Shown in pieces: positions 47,071 through 56,953 of a DNA stretch of 64,000 bases. A model generated the notes under the pieces. It ran no database searches and had not been told where the DNA came from. It worked only from the letters and a program-made list of their open reading frames with translations. Source of the stretch: Sedimentisphaerales bacterium. Lineage in GTDB: Bacteria; Planctomycetota; Phycisphaerae; Sedimentisphaerales; SM23-30. A program made the translations under genes and the position numbers. Location of the stretch: the NCBI GenBank assembly GCA_963666285.1, contig OY762711.1; one strand, written 5' to 3'. Position 1 is the stretch's first letter; every line of letters begins with the position of its first letter.

Positions 47071-47523
47071 TTACTGGCTTTTTATTTTTACTTTTAATGG
47101 TTTTATTTTTTCGTTTTTGGGTACAGTTATGGTAAGTACACCGTCTTTACAAGTAGCCTCGATTCTGGCAGGATCAACTTCAACTGCCAGATTTAGATCA
47201 CGTCTAAAGTTACCATAGGACCTTTCTGTATGATAATATCCTTTCTCTATTCTCTCCTCTTCAGTTTTCTTTTCACCGCTGATGGTCAATATATTCCCGT
47301 GTACAGATATATTAACATCCTCAGCTTTGCATCCCGCAACTTCAGCCTTTACAATAAATTCGTTATCTTTTTCGGCAATGTCAATTACTGGCCAGTGACT
47401 ATCGTCCCAGACTGGCCGGCCACCGTCTCCCATAATTATTCTAATAAAATTATCCATCTCATTATGAAGTCTCGATAACTCAGCTCTACCTCTTTCAATT
47501 TTGTTTATAGGTAATAGTACCAT
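47071..47523 (-). CDS. Hsp20/alpha-crystallin small heat-shock protein
   Basis: LTISGEK, ERSYGNFRR, DGVLTITVPK. Confidence 0.92.
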   Translation of the reverse strand: MVLLPINKIERGRAELSRLHNEMDNFIRIIMGDGGRPVWDDSHWPVIDIAEKDNEFIVKAEVAGCKAEDVNISVHGNILTISGEKKTEEERIEKGYYHTERSYGNFRRDLNLAVEVDPARIEATCKDGVLTITVPKNEKIKPLKVKIKSQ

Positions 47524-47609
47524 GATAAGCCCCTTTGTTGAACATTTACATATTCTGTTTGGTTAAATATAATTTATATTTCGATTTGTTTACTTAGATT
47601 AGTACAAAG

Positions 47610-48125
47610 CTAAACTTTATGAAATTCTGTCTCAATAACATTTGTATTCACTAGTATCTGACTGGCTTTTTCTACTTCCTCTGATGTGCCATGAACAATC
47701 AAAAGAAATTTATTTGATTTAAGAGAAGTTTCGTATTTCAGGACACTATCTTTGGGAATACCTACGCTATACATAGCAGCCCCGACAACACTTAAGCTTC
47801 CTCCAACTGCAGCACCTTCAATCGCTCCAATTATCCAGGATACTAATGGACCTCCAACGACTATTGGCCCAATACCTGGGATAAAAAAGAATGCAGATCC
47901 AAATAGTAACCCCCACATTCCTCCCCAGAAAGCCCCAAGTTTCCCCCAATACTTAATGCGGTCACCTGAATTATAATATCCTACTACATGCTCATTAGAG
48001 TGATAATCTTTGCCTACTATAGACAACTTTTTTATATCAAATCCAGACTTCTGCAGTTCCTTAACTGCTTTTTCGGCATCTTTATGACCATCAAAAATAG
48101 CAACATTTGTATTTTTTTTTGACAT
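47610..48125 (-). CDS. General stress protein / DUF1269-like membrane protein
   Basis: AEKAVKELQKSGFD.KLSIVGKDY, WGKLGAFWGG, IPGIGP. Confidence 0.8.
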   Translation of the reverse strand: MSKKNTNVAIFDGHKDAEKAVKELQKSGFDIKKLSIVGKDYHSNEHVVGYYNSGDRIKYWGKLGAFWGGMWGLLFGSAFFFIPGIGPIVVGGPLVSWIIGAIEGAAVGGSLSVVGAAMYSVGIPKDSVLKYETSLKSNKFLLIVHGTSEEVEKASQILVNTNVIETEFHKV

Positions 48126-48241
48126 TAAACATCTCCATTCTTGTCATTATTTATTGTTATATATAATAATGTTTGCATTACAAACATACTTTGAACCTTA
48201 ATAACATAATCAGATATTAATAATATTATATTTAATGAATT

Positions 48242-48299
48242 TGTAAATCAGAGTAGACTCTTTTCTTAATGTAGGTCATATTACTTCTTTTGGTATCAG
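48242..48299 (-). promoter_or_regulatory. Conserved island promoter motif upstream of the stress/ATPase/fermentation cluster
   Basis: + strand TGTAAATCAGAG-N16-TGTAGGT-N19-TCAG, same phasing as 20825-20882. Confidence 0.55.
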
Positions 48300-48672
48300 G
48301 AATATCAGAATGTAGTTCAGACATTAGATTGCATTAGTTCTAAAATGTTTCAAATTGGTAAACGATCAAGATTTTTAAAATTTATCTTACATTCCACTAT
48401 TAATAGAATGGCACTTAAACTCAACTTTATGACACAAATATAGTCATTTTATCCGACAAAAGATTGAAACTCGTATTTGATTTACTATTACTATTTTCCT
48501 GCTATCATAAGACTATATTAAACATTGTAAGCGTTAAACTCTGCGAAAGACAAACTCTGGTATTTTTTACCAGAATAAATCATTGTCATTACATAAGAAT
48601 CAAAACCCTATAGGAATAATTGTATTGATGCTAAACTTAGACATGATTACCTAGAAGCAACCGGATATTAAT

Positions 48673-48991
48673 ATGAAAATTGCAATAATATCAACAGGAC
48701 CCAAAATAGATGATTCGATTGGAACAGTGCCTGATTCGAGTCCCTACTGGCTGTTTGTTGCTCTTGAAACAATGAAATGTGAGGCAATGCCAAACCCTTT
48801 AACAAGCATAGGTGGACCCGCCAAACTACAATTGATCATTCAACAATAGCCAAGTAAAATATATTTTTGCTGGCGGTTACGGCACTATCCAATTAAAAGA
48901 GCTTAAAAAAAACGGAATCAAAGTGCTTTTTGGACTGAAAGGGTCTGTAAGAAAAACCGTTGAAAAATCTCATCGGCGAAACTGTATTTTA
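48673..48991 (+). pseudogene. NifB/NifX-like (Mo-Fe cofactor binding family) pseudogene
   Basis: MKIAIISTG...ETMKCEAMPNP...stop, continuing in another frame as VKYIFAGGYG...GIKVLFGLKGSVRKTVEK. Confidence 0.65.
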
Positions 48992-49060
48992 GCCCCTTAT
49001 ATAAAAGGTTGATTATTTCACTGACAGACTCGTATTATATGGCATCCGTCCACCATACCA

Positions 49061-49624
49061 TTATACATCTTCTTGCTTATCACCCACTCTCTGCACAACG
49101 CGTATATTTCCCAGCATTTCCTTCAACCGTTCCATCCGTTCCTGTGGTGTCAATTCCAGAATATCCTGCCTCACTAACTGCTTACACTGCCCGCCGCTGC
49201 TTTGATTAGCATCTTTACCATACTTATCAGGCATGCGTGCTGCCAGGAACTTTGATATTGCTGAAACATTTGGTGGTACATGAACCTCCTGCTTTACAGT
49301 CTTGAGCCTTTCAATAGGAATTTGACTGCCATCATTTGCAATCACCACATCATTTACCACTTCTTCCCTGGACTTAATATAATTATACCCCATACATCGC
49401 TTAATAAGCTTGTTTTCAACTTTCTCGGTGGCAAATTCACTTTTACCTTCATTTACCGCCTCCCGAAACTCTAGATACTTTTTCATCCAGTTATCCCAGG
49501 TTCTGTGAGTTATCTCCATAAATTCACAAATACAGTTGATCTTCCAGCCCAGCTTCAATAATTTCTTGGCTATCTTTGGCATGTGATGATTATATTTTGA
49601 TTGATTATCAGTTAACTTGCTCAT
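49061..49624 (-). CDS. Small terminase-like / HTH phage protein
   Basis: HTH (ICEFMEITHRTWDNW..Y.EF.EA), KVENKLIKRCMGY, VPPNVSAISKFLAARMPDKY resemble TerS-like phage proteins. Confidence 0.6.
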   Translation of the reverse strand: MSKLTDNQSKYNHHMPKIAKKLLKLGWKINCICEFMEITHRTWDNWMKKYLEFREAVNEGKSEFATEKVENKLIKRCMGYNYIKSREEVVNDVVIANDGSQIPIERLKTVKQEVHVPPNVSAISKFLAARMPDKYGKDANQSSGGQCKQLVRQDILELTPQERMERLKEMLGNIRVVQRVGDKQEDV

Positions 49625-49730
49625 TATTTTGTTTTCTCTCTTATCTTATATATTATATTATTCGCTATAGCTCTGCTCATGGCCTAATATTATTACCAGA
49701 CCACAGAGCAGAACCATACAAAATACTGTA

Positions 49731-50819
49731 TTACAGCTTTCCCCAATCCAACTCGGATATTCTACTTTCCTGCAATCTGGCAAATTCAGCCATTGATAAC
49801 GGTTCAACATAATGTCGAACAGTGGTCATCAGATTCTTATGCCCGGCCATCTGCTGCACCCAGCATAAATCAAAACCGGCACGCTTCCACCTGGAAATAC
49901 AACTCTTTCGCAAATCATGCAAAGTGTAAAGATTCCAGCCGATGTTATCAACCAGCCCGGAATTTCGACATATAATACCAAATCTTGTACTGGCCTGATC
50001 GCTACACCGCTGTGTCATATTACCTCTGGCTGAAATATCTCTCACAACAAACTCACCAGAGAGATCACATCTCTGCAAATAACTATACAGAGTATCAAAT
50101 ATGCGTACCTCTCTGCCGTTACCGGTTTTAGTACGCCATCTTTTATCCTTATAGCTATAAACATAGATGATTCGCTTTTCCATATCTATATCACATGGCC
50201 TGAGTCCCAGAATCTCACCTATCCGCAAACCGGCATAATAGCCCAAATACAATATCAAACGCCAAGCATCTGTTGGACATGCCGAGAGTAGTTTTTCGAA
50301 CTCACTTTCTGAGATTACCCGAACAGGTTTCTCATCAACCGATAATTTTAACGGAGCTTTACAACTGGCACGTAATGACCTGCTGGCAGCTCTTGAAGCG
50401 ACCGGATTATCTTTGATATAGCCAAGATCAACTGCCCGATACAACGCCGCCTTCAAAACAGTTAACTCACTATTAAATGTTGATGCCTGTATTCCTGATT
50501 CAATACGCCTGTTGCGATATTGAAGCATCAACTCATAGCTCACATCCAACAGCAAATCAGGCTGAAACATCTCAGTTATCCTTCGATAAAGACCTTCAAG
50601 CTTAAGCACAGTACTTCCCCTTACCTGGGCTGAATAATTATTCAGGTCAAGCTCAACCCAGTCATCCCAAAGTACTCCTTTAGCTCTAACCTTTCGCATC
50701 TTGCGAATTTCACTATAATCTAACCCTTCCGGCAGATAATAAGTCTTTTCCTGACCATTTTCCTGCCAGCGTTCATAATACCGATCTTTTGATCTATCAT
50801 AAAATATTGATTTTAACAT
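49731..50819 (-). CDS. Tyrosine recombinase (distinct from Int1/Int2)
   Basis: GLRIGEI, TKTG, HDLRK, AGH, TVRHY. Confidence 0.9.
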   Translation of the reverse strand: MLKSIFYDRSKDRYYERWQENGQEKTYYLPEGLDYSEIRKMRKVRAKGVLWDDWVELDLNNYSAQVRGSTVLKLEGLYRRITEMFQPDLLLDVSYELMLQYRNRRIESGIQASTFNSELTVLKAALYRAVDLGYIKDNPVASRAASRSLRASCKAPLKLSVDEKPVRVISESEFEKLLSACPTDAWRLILYLGYYAGLRIGEILGLRPCDIDMEKRIIYVYSYKDKRWRTKTGNGREVRIFDTLYSYLQRCDLSGEFVVRDISARGNMTQRCSDQASTRFGIICRNSGLVDNIGWNLYTLHDLRKSCISRWKRAGFDLCWVQQMAGHKNLMTTVRHYVEPLSMAEFARLQESRISELDWGKL

Positions 50820-51222
50820 CGTAAAATCCTTTCGTATTTATATTCACGCAAACTTCCAGTGGAAATTTTACTGATGTCACATATAAATAGCTGGAAAACC
50901 ATACTTTTTCAGACATTGCCGAGATACTAACCTGAGCTTTTGACGTAATTTCTTTAGTATTCCTGGTTTCTCTTGCCTGTCAATAAAGCAACTATATTCT
51001 TCTATAAGAACTTTGTTACTATTTTGAAAAACCACTGCTTCCAAACCATAAAAATGAGACGCAAATATTACATAAAAACTAACAAATAATACACTTACAA
51101 ACATATAGAACCCAAGTTCAAAACAAGCATTACAAACCAATGTAATACATGTAATACTTGCAGCATTACTTGAACCTGGCTTGCAAAACTGACAACAGAT
51201 AAACACTCCATATCCCGAAACC

Positions 51223-51460
51223 TTCGACAATTCGACAATAAGACTTAAACCTCTGTCAATAAAGCAGATAAAATGTCGAACACCTTTTTCGACATTTCGA
51301 CAATAAAAACTCTTACCACTACCAATCTGGACATGCCAAAACCAATTAGCATTACCAAATCGCTGTTTTAATGTCGAATTGTCGAATTTTGGTTTTAATC
51401 GTTCTGACATTTTATCCCCTTATATATCAATGACTTATCCTTTATTGTCGAATTGTCGAA
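51223..51460. repeat. Iteron-like cluster, putative replication origin
   Basis: Nine TTCGACA/TGTCGAA heptamers, eight of them in tandem pairs with 8-bp period, directly 3' of the primase gene. Confidence 0.7.
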
Positions 51461-51466
51461 TAATTC

Positions 51467-53749
51467 CTAAGAGTACAGAAAAAATACCGGCCCACGCTTT
51501 TTACCTTTGCCATTCCTGACATGCTCCCTAATCCTGCCGACACCTACCTTTTCAAGCTGTTCAAAATACTTGCGTGCCATAGCAGAGGTGTATTTCAGGG
51601 ATTTATGGCGAACCCAATCGCGAACAGTAACCTGACCACCATTATTCTGGATCCAGCGAATATCCTTGATAAATTCTTTCTTATCATCAACCAAAATAAG
51701 ATTGTTAACCTTATAAGCCTGATCCATAAACCAAGAACACATCCTGATAGCTTCGGACATAGTTTCTTCTGAAACCATATCACCACTATGCAAACCATAA
51801 GCAGCTTTTAACTCATGCAGGATAAGAGCAATCCTTGCGGCATAACTATCAGCCTTGCCTAGTATTGACTCCAGTATGCCGCCATGCTTGATAGCCTTAT
51901 CCTTACTCTGGTCATGGAATCTGCCGAACAGACAGGATGCCTCCGGTGAAAACTTCACGGTTTCAGGAGTAACACTATCAACATGCTTCCAACTTCGTTT
52001 CAGAAGCTTCAGATATATACGCTTCAAATCATCGATCAGATATTGAGGTACTCCAGATTCTGTCCATGAAGTTCTTTTGCTCTCAGGAACAGCATACAGA
52101 AACCTCGCCGCCATTCCATTATAAGAGTTTTCACCTCTCAATGATGAAGCCAATACTTCTGGCTGAATAGTACCTACAACACTGACAAATGATTTTTCAA
52201 CAGAGATAGCTGGTTTATCACTACTCTTTCGGTCAACAGTAATTTGACTCGCTCGCCATATACTAAGCCAGTTCTGCTTATCATCTCCACCAGCTTTATA
52301 CTTATTGAATGAATTAAACCATCCAGCTAGTTCATCTCTATGTAAAAGCAGACCATGTGGATTTTCTGATAGTTTGTTGGCTAATGCCTCAACTGTAATA
52401 TCTGATACTATCAACCTCTGAGAATATGGCGGCTTATTGAATTCACCATCAATATCACCTGAACCCTGTAAATCTAACAGATTCTGATGCGATTGATTAA
52501 GAATCAGATTCTCCAGGTCATAAAGAGGCTGCAAGATAGAATTTAATGCCGGGCTTTTACCAACTGAACTTCCCGCCACTAGAGCCCCCCAGACAGCGGC
52601 AGGTTCATACCATCCTTCCTTAACCTGCAATTGCCTGGTGTTACCTATTGCAGCTGAAACCGCACACAATAAAGCCAAAGCTGGCATAGATTCATCACAT
52701 CCAATAGATTCTGCTATACATTCGATTGTTTCTTTTGCCTTTTCCGGCAGGCAATCAGTTGGAAATGGCTTGTTTTCTGTTGCTATATTACTACAAGGCT
52801 TATACTCTTGAGCCTCAGATATAGCTGATAATATCTTGTCAACTATCTTGTCAACAGAAACACCTTTTTGTTCACATTTTTCTATAAAGTCATAAGCATC
52901 TTCACCTGGCTCAGTTATTCCAAGAACGTCCGGGTCAAGTATTCTGATTTCCGACTCTGGTATCATACCATCCAGCAGCCATGCTACATTGTTGGCATAA
53001 TCCATACCAGGATCATCATTATCCGGCCAGATAATTACTTTTTTTCCTGCCAGAATGGACCAGTCTGATTTATCTGAACCATTACTGCCTCCTGCACTGG
53101 TTGTAGCAGGCAAGCCGATACTCCATAAAGCGTCGGCAGTTTTTTCGCCTTCACAGACAAACACCATAGGTACTTTGGCTATTTCAACTGCCTTATATAA
53201 TGGAATATCGCTACTTAAACCTTTAATAACATAGCGATAATCCTCTGTAATCACCTGCCTGAAAGTCTTTACACCATTTTTATCTACTAAACGATATACG
53301 TACAAAACTACCACTTCTGTATCTGGACATTCATATACATATTCATTTTCTATCTTATAACCCTGATATTCGAAAAGTCTTTCAATATCTTCCAGGCTTT
53401 CATACATTTTGTTATCACTTTGTTTATTTATCTGTTTATTGTTTACCGGCATTTTATTGCCCTCCTGTTGATTTGAATCTGAATTAACATACTTAGCGAT
53501 AACTTCTCCTGAAGTCCTGCCTTCGATTTCAGCTAATGCTGTATATACATCACCTTTTGCGCCGCAGGCATAACATTTATAGAACCATATATGGTTATCA
53601 CCCTGAAAAATATGTGCTGATGGGTTGCTGTCATTATGAAATGGGCATCGAAAATAACTGCTGCCCTCATGCCGAAATTCCGCCCCAGCTCTGATTAGAG
53701 TCTGTCTCAAAAATGATTCATCCTGCTGCAATTTAATTTTATTATCCAT
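51467..53749 (-). CDS. Primase/replication protein: CHC2 zinc finger + TOPRIM + DUF3987
   Basis: CPFHNDSNPS..CYACG, VCEGEKTAD, WPDNDDPG, GSSVGKS, DITVEAL, RDELAGW, VGTIQP, GMAARFL. Confidence 0.88.
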   Translation of the reverse strand: MDNKIKLQQDESFLRQTLIRAGAEFRHEGSSYFRCPFHNDSNPSAHIFQGDNHIWFYKCYACGAKGDVYTALAEIEGRTSGEVIAKYVNSDSNQQEGNKMPVNNKQINKQSDNKMYESLEDIERLFEYQGYKIENEYVYECPDTEVVVLYVYRLVDKNGVKTFRQVITEDYRYVIKGLSSDIPLYKAVEIAKVPMVFVCEGEKTADALWSIGLPATTSAGGSNGSDKSDWSILAGKKVIIWPDNDDPGMDYANNVAWLLDGMIPESEIRILDPDVLGITEPGEDAYDFIEKCEQKGVSVDKIVDKILSAISEAQEYKPCSNIATENKPFPTDCLPEKAKETIECIAESIGCDESMPALALLCAVSAAIGNTRQLQVKEGWYEPAAVWGALVAGSSVGKSPALNSILQPLYDLENLILNQSHQNLLDLQGSGDIDGEFNKPPYSQRLIVSDITVEALANKLSENPHGLLLHRDELAGWFNSFNKYKAGGDDKQNWLSIWRASQITVDRKSSDKPAISVEKSFVSVVGTIQPEVLASSLRGENSYNGMAARFLYAVPESKRTSWTESGVPQYLIDDLKRIYLKLLKRSWKHVDSVTPETVKFSPEASCLFGRFHDQSKDKAIKHGGILESILGKADSYAARIALILHELKAAYGLHSGDMVSEETMSEAIRMCSWFMDQAYKVNNLILVDDKKEFIKDIRWIQNNGGQVTVRDWVRHKSLKYTSAMARKYFEQLEKVGVGRIREHVRNGKGKKRGPVFFLYS

Positions 53750-54069
53750 TAAAGTACTCCTTCCTCTCTCAAAAATCTTTCTGTTTCAGTCATACGTTCA
53801 TCTTTGAACTTATCCGGTTTTACTGCCGGAACCTGCATCTGCTCCTGCTGCTCGAAATACTCAGTGTCAGCTTTTGCCAGTGAACTGAAAAACTGCTCAA
53901 TTGCATCTTCTGTCACATATATCTTGCCGCCGATCCGACAATGCTCCATGCGGACAATATTACCGTTGCGAGCCTTCAAACCTCGTCTGCACCACCGCCA
54001 GAATGCGTTGGTACTAGGCTTACTTGGGATCATCTCAACCGCTTCACTTAATGATAGATATGAAAACAT
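53749..54069 (-). CDS. DUF1580-like HTH (excisionase/AlpA-like) protein
   Basis: PSTNAFWRWCRRG...IGGKIYVTEDAIEQF; stop overlaps the primase start (TAATG). Confidence 0.75.
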   Translation of the reverse strand: MFSYLSLSEAVEMIPSKPSTNAFWRWCRRGLKARNGNIVRMEHCRIGGKIYVTEDAIEQFFSSLAKADTEYFEQQEQMQVPAVKPDKFKDERMTETERFLREEGVL

Positions 54070-54182
54070 AACTACCTCCATAGAACTATGGAATACAACC
54101 TTTTGTATTCCTGTTTGCTTTATGCCCTGCTTTACACATTTTGCAAGGCTTTCACAAACGGGTGCCTGGGGTAGGTTTAAAT

Positions 54183-54221
54183 AAAAAATGCAGCAGTAAC
54201 CCGAAAGTTACTACTGCATTT
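54183..54221 (-). terminator. Intrinsic terminator upstream of the DUF1580-primase genes
   Basis: - strand AAATGCAGTAGTAAC-TTTCGG-GTTACTGCTGCATTTTTT. Confidence 0.65.
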
Positions 54222-54346
54222 GTGATATTAAAAACATTAAAAGCCTAGAAGTACCTTACGTAAACAATTGCACCAAAAAGACTTACGTTAAACACTACCA
54301 ACCTGTAAATTTTTCATTATATTTTTTTAATTTTATTGTTTCATAC

Positions 54347-55420
54347 CTATACCTTAAAGGTAGGAAAAAGCTTTCTGAACCTTTCTTCATCTATTTCAAG
54401 GTGACCAACCACAAATCTGAACCTGTATTTTTTCTGCTTATGGTCGAAATAATATGGTTTTTTTCGGCCTACAACTCTAATCCCAATACCTGCCATTCGT
54501 TCCAATAGTTGCCGATTGATGTCATTCGCTATATTTGATGGCTGTTGCCCTTTTCCTTTTTGTAGTTTGAATTCTTTTTGTATATACTTAGTCGTCAAAT
54601 TACTTTCATTATCCAATAACCTATATAGCTTGCTTCCGGTTTTAATAAAAACTTCCTTACATTGACCATCACAAACCAAAGCATATCTATATGCTCCCAA
54701 GCCCAATAGTCTAATTAACTTGAAATCTTCCGGCCAATCTTCCAGATTCTCATCTTTTGGTATCTTCAGACCTTCTTTACTAACTCGTTCATATTCATTA
54801 TCTAAAGCCAATACTACCTCTCTGGCTGTAGCTCCAATCCTGCTATACGACCAGTCTGTAACCGGATAATCAGCCTGCATTGAATCAATCACATCTATCA
54901 TCCAGCCCCAGAAATGCTCATCACCCAGCTTTGCCTGCTCAAGTCTGGGCCACATCTCATCGTGAGCTTCCATGACAACTTCATCATCTGGATGATCTGC
55001 TCTCGGATCAACCCGGTATTGCCATGAAATATACCCCTGCCTATATCTCCAATATACATCTTTGATAAAGTCAATTGCCGCTACCAGGGCAGAGTTATCT
55101 ACCTTGGTAAAACATCTGGCAATATCCTTACCGGCAAAAACCTTCTTCCAGTCAACGAATTTACGGCAATTATCATCAATTATCGATAAACATGCATGTA
55201 ACTGGGAATAATATACCGGAAGCATATCAGTATGAATAATAAAACCGCCATCTTCCTGAATGGCATTGTCCTTTATCTGGGCAGGTAATAGCTCTGATGC
55301 CGCAAATACTCCCTGCTGGACAAAATAATAAAACTTATGCTCATCGGAATACCTTTCGATCTGTGAATACTGACCTGCAAGATATTCCTCTCTGAACTCC
55401 TCAAAACTTTGTTCAAACAT
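54347..55420 (-). CDS. Hypothetical protein directly downstream of Int2
   Basis: 357-aa ORF with a basic C-terminus; no motif recognised. Confidence 0.7.
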   Translation of the reverse strand: MFEQSFEEFREEYLAGQYSQIERYSDEHKFYYFVQQGVFAASELLPAQIKDNAIQEDGGFIIHTDMLPVYYSQLHACLSIIDDNCRKFVDWKKVFAGKDIARCFTKVDNSALVAAIDFIKDVYWRYRQGYISWQYRVDPRADHPDDEVVMEAHDEMWPRLEQAKLGDEHFWGWMIDVIDSMQADYPVTDWSYSRIGATAREVVLALDNEYERVSKEGLKIPKDENLEDWPEDFKLIRLLGLGAYRYALVCDGQCKEVFIKTGSKLYRLLDNESNLTTKYIQKEFKLQKGKGQQPSNIANDINRQLLERMAGIGIRVVGRKKPYYFDHKQKKYRFRFVVGHLEIDEERFRKLFPTFKV

Positions 55421-55456
55421 TAAATATCTTTCCGTAAATACAACTCTTAATATTAA

Positions 55457-56611
55457 CTAACCTATGTTCTTTGCTATTTCTTTTGCCTTCTCCCGGTCCC
55501 GTTCGGCATATATCTGGGTAACATCTGCCCTGGCATGGCCTAACATTACCTGCGCAGCTTCCACTCCATATTCCTTGCGAATAACAGTACCAGCATTATG
55601 TCTCAACTGGTTCGGACTCCACTTTTCCACTCCGGCTTTTTCACATGCCCTGTGGATTGCCTTGCGATATGAACTGGTAGTATAATGATTGCCTATTGTT
55701 CTGGCAGTCTTGGCCTTACCTGACTTTTGATCCTCACGACGCTTACTATCTGCATTTTTCTGTTTAGCTTCAGCATTGGCTTCTTTCGGGGAAAAAATAT
55801 AATCAGCTTCAAATCTGCCAAACAAAAAGGGTGTCAATATCTCCTGGGCTTTCAAACCAAGATAGATTTCCCGGTCCATATCTCGATGTTGGTTCTTATG
55901 TTTCTCAGGTTTATAAATCCACACCTGCTCAGACCTGTCTATATCCATAATACGAATTATAACAATCTCCCCTGGCCTTGCGGCAGTATATAACTGTAAC
56001 TGGATCATTGCCCATACCTGCCTGCTCAGGTAAGGTTTTATTGCCTCAATATCATCAACTGGAACAGGCTTAACATCTTCACCTTCTGGAATATCAGGAC
56101 AACGGCCCTTTTTCAATGGGATCATGGTAGCAAGATAATCTGCCATCCCCTTTACTATCAGCTCTTTTGACTCCGCCCATCGGAAAATTGACCTGACTCT
56201 CATAACCTGCTTATTGATAGATGAACGCTGCCAGCCTTTTTCGATCATAACCTGGCGAACTGCCTCAAGCTTTTTAGGGCCAAACTCATTGGCATTGGTT
56301 GATCCATACAAGCTTAGAAGTATCTTTACTACAGTTTTATAATTACCATACTCTGTTGACCCTGAATAATTCAACTTAGCGTACTTGAGGTATCTGGCGG
56401 CCATTTCCTGAATTGTAATCGCTGAATCACCTGTCGGAAGGAATTTACCACCTGACAACCACTCTGCGATAAGAGCTTTGTATTTTTCCTTTGCTTCCTG
56501 ACCATCCGGGCCTAAGCTAATACGTTTACCGTTTAGAGTAACATAAGCATAAGTTTTGCCAGATGAATTATTTTTGAGACAATATGATGGCAGACGGGTC
56601 TTTGACACCAC
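55457..56611 (-). CDS. Tyrosine integrase (Int2), close paralogue of Int1
   Basis: AARPGE, WSPNQLRH, MLGH, TQIY; long blocks identical to 11702-12853. Confidence 0.95.
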   Translation of the reverse strand: MVSKTRLPSYCLKNNSSGKTYAYVTLNGKRISLGPDGQEAKEKYKALIAEWLSGGKFLPTGDSAITIQEMAARYLKYAKLNYSGSTEYGNYKTVVKILLSLYGSTNANEFGPKKLEAVRQVMIEKGWQRSSINKQVMRVRSIFRWAESKELIVKGMADYLATMIPLKKGRCPDIPEGEDVKPVPVDDIEAIKPYLSRQVWAMIQLQLYTAARPGEIVIIRIMDIDRSEQVWIYKPEKHKNQHRDMDREIYLGLKAQEILTPFLFGRFEADYIFSPKEANAEAKQKNADSKRREDQKSGKAKTARTIGNHYTTSSYRKAIHRACEKAGVEKWSPNQLRHNAGTVIRKEYGVEAAQVMLGHARADVTQIYAERDREKAKEIAKNIG

Positions 56612-56828
56612 ACAACCTCCTTGCTGATAATGATTTATACATATACATTATATTATCAATCCGATTATACCTTGTCAAGACCATGGAAAACAGTGTAAAT
56701 GAGTCTTCACATATATTTAAATGCCGACATTTTTACACAGCATTTCCAAAGGCCACGCATTCAATACCCCATATAAATATATTAACAACAGATATTTACA
56801 TATCTTTAATATATTGCCACCATAACAA

Positions 56829-56952
56829 TTTTCCTAAAACAAACTACTTTCCTACTTAGGAAAATTATTTATTTTAGGAAATTCGCTATTGATACTTTTC
56901 TAAAAATACGATATATCCTATATAGGAAATTGATATTTTTTAGGAAATTCAC
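56829..56952. promoter_or_regulatory. Tandem operator (66-bp period) built of TTTCCTA/TAGGAAA half-sites
   Basis: TAGGAAA at 56857/56923 and 56875/56941; palindrome TTTCCTA-CT-TAGGAAA. Confidence 0.65.
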
Positions 56953-56953
56953 A

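Noticed and set aside
50877..51410. 177-aa - strand ORF between primase and recombinase
   Set aside because: Overlaps the iteron array and the A/C-skewed tract; F/V/C-rich with no motif; better explained as non-coding origin DNA, though not excluded.
51223..51460. Possible CRISPR array
   Set aside because: Repeats are only 7-8 bp, in both orientations and irregularly spaced; no cas genes in the window.
49061..56611. Intact prophage or conjugative ICE
   Set aside because: No capsid, portal, large terminase, tail, lysis, relaxase or T4SS genes recognised.
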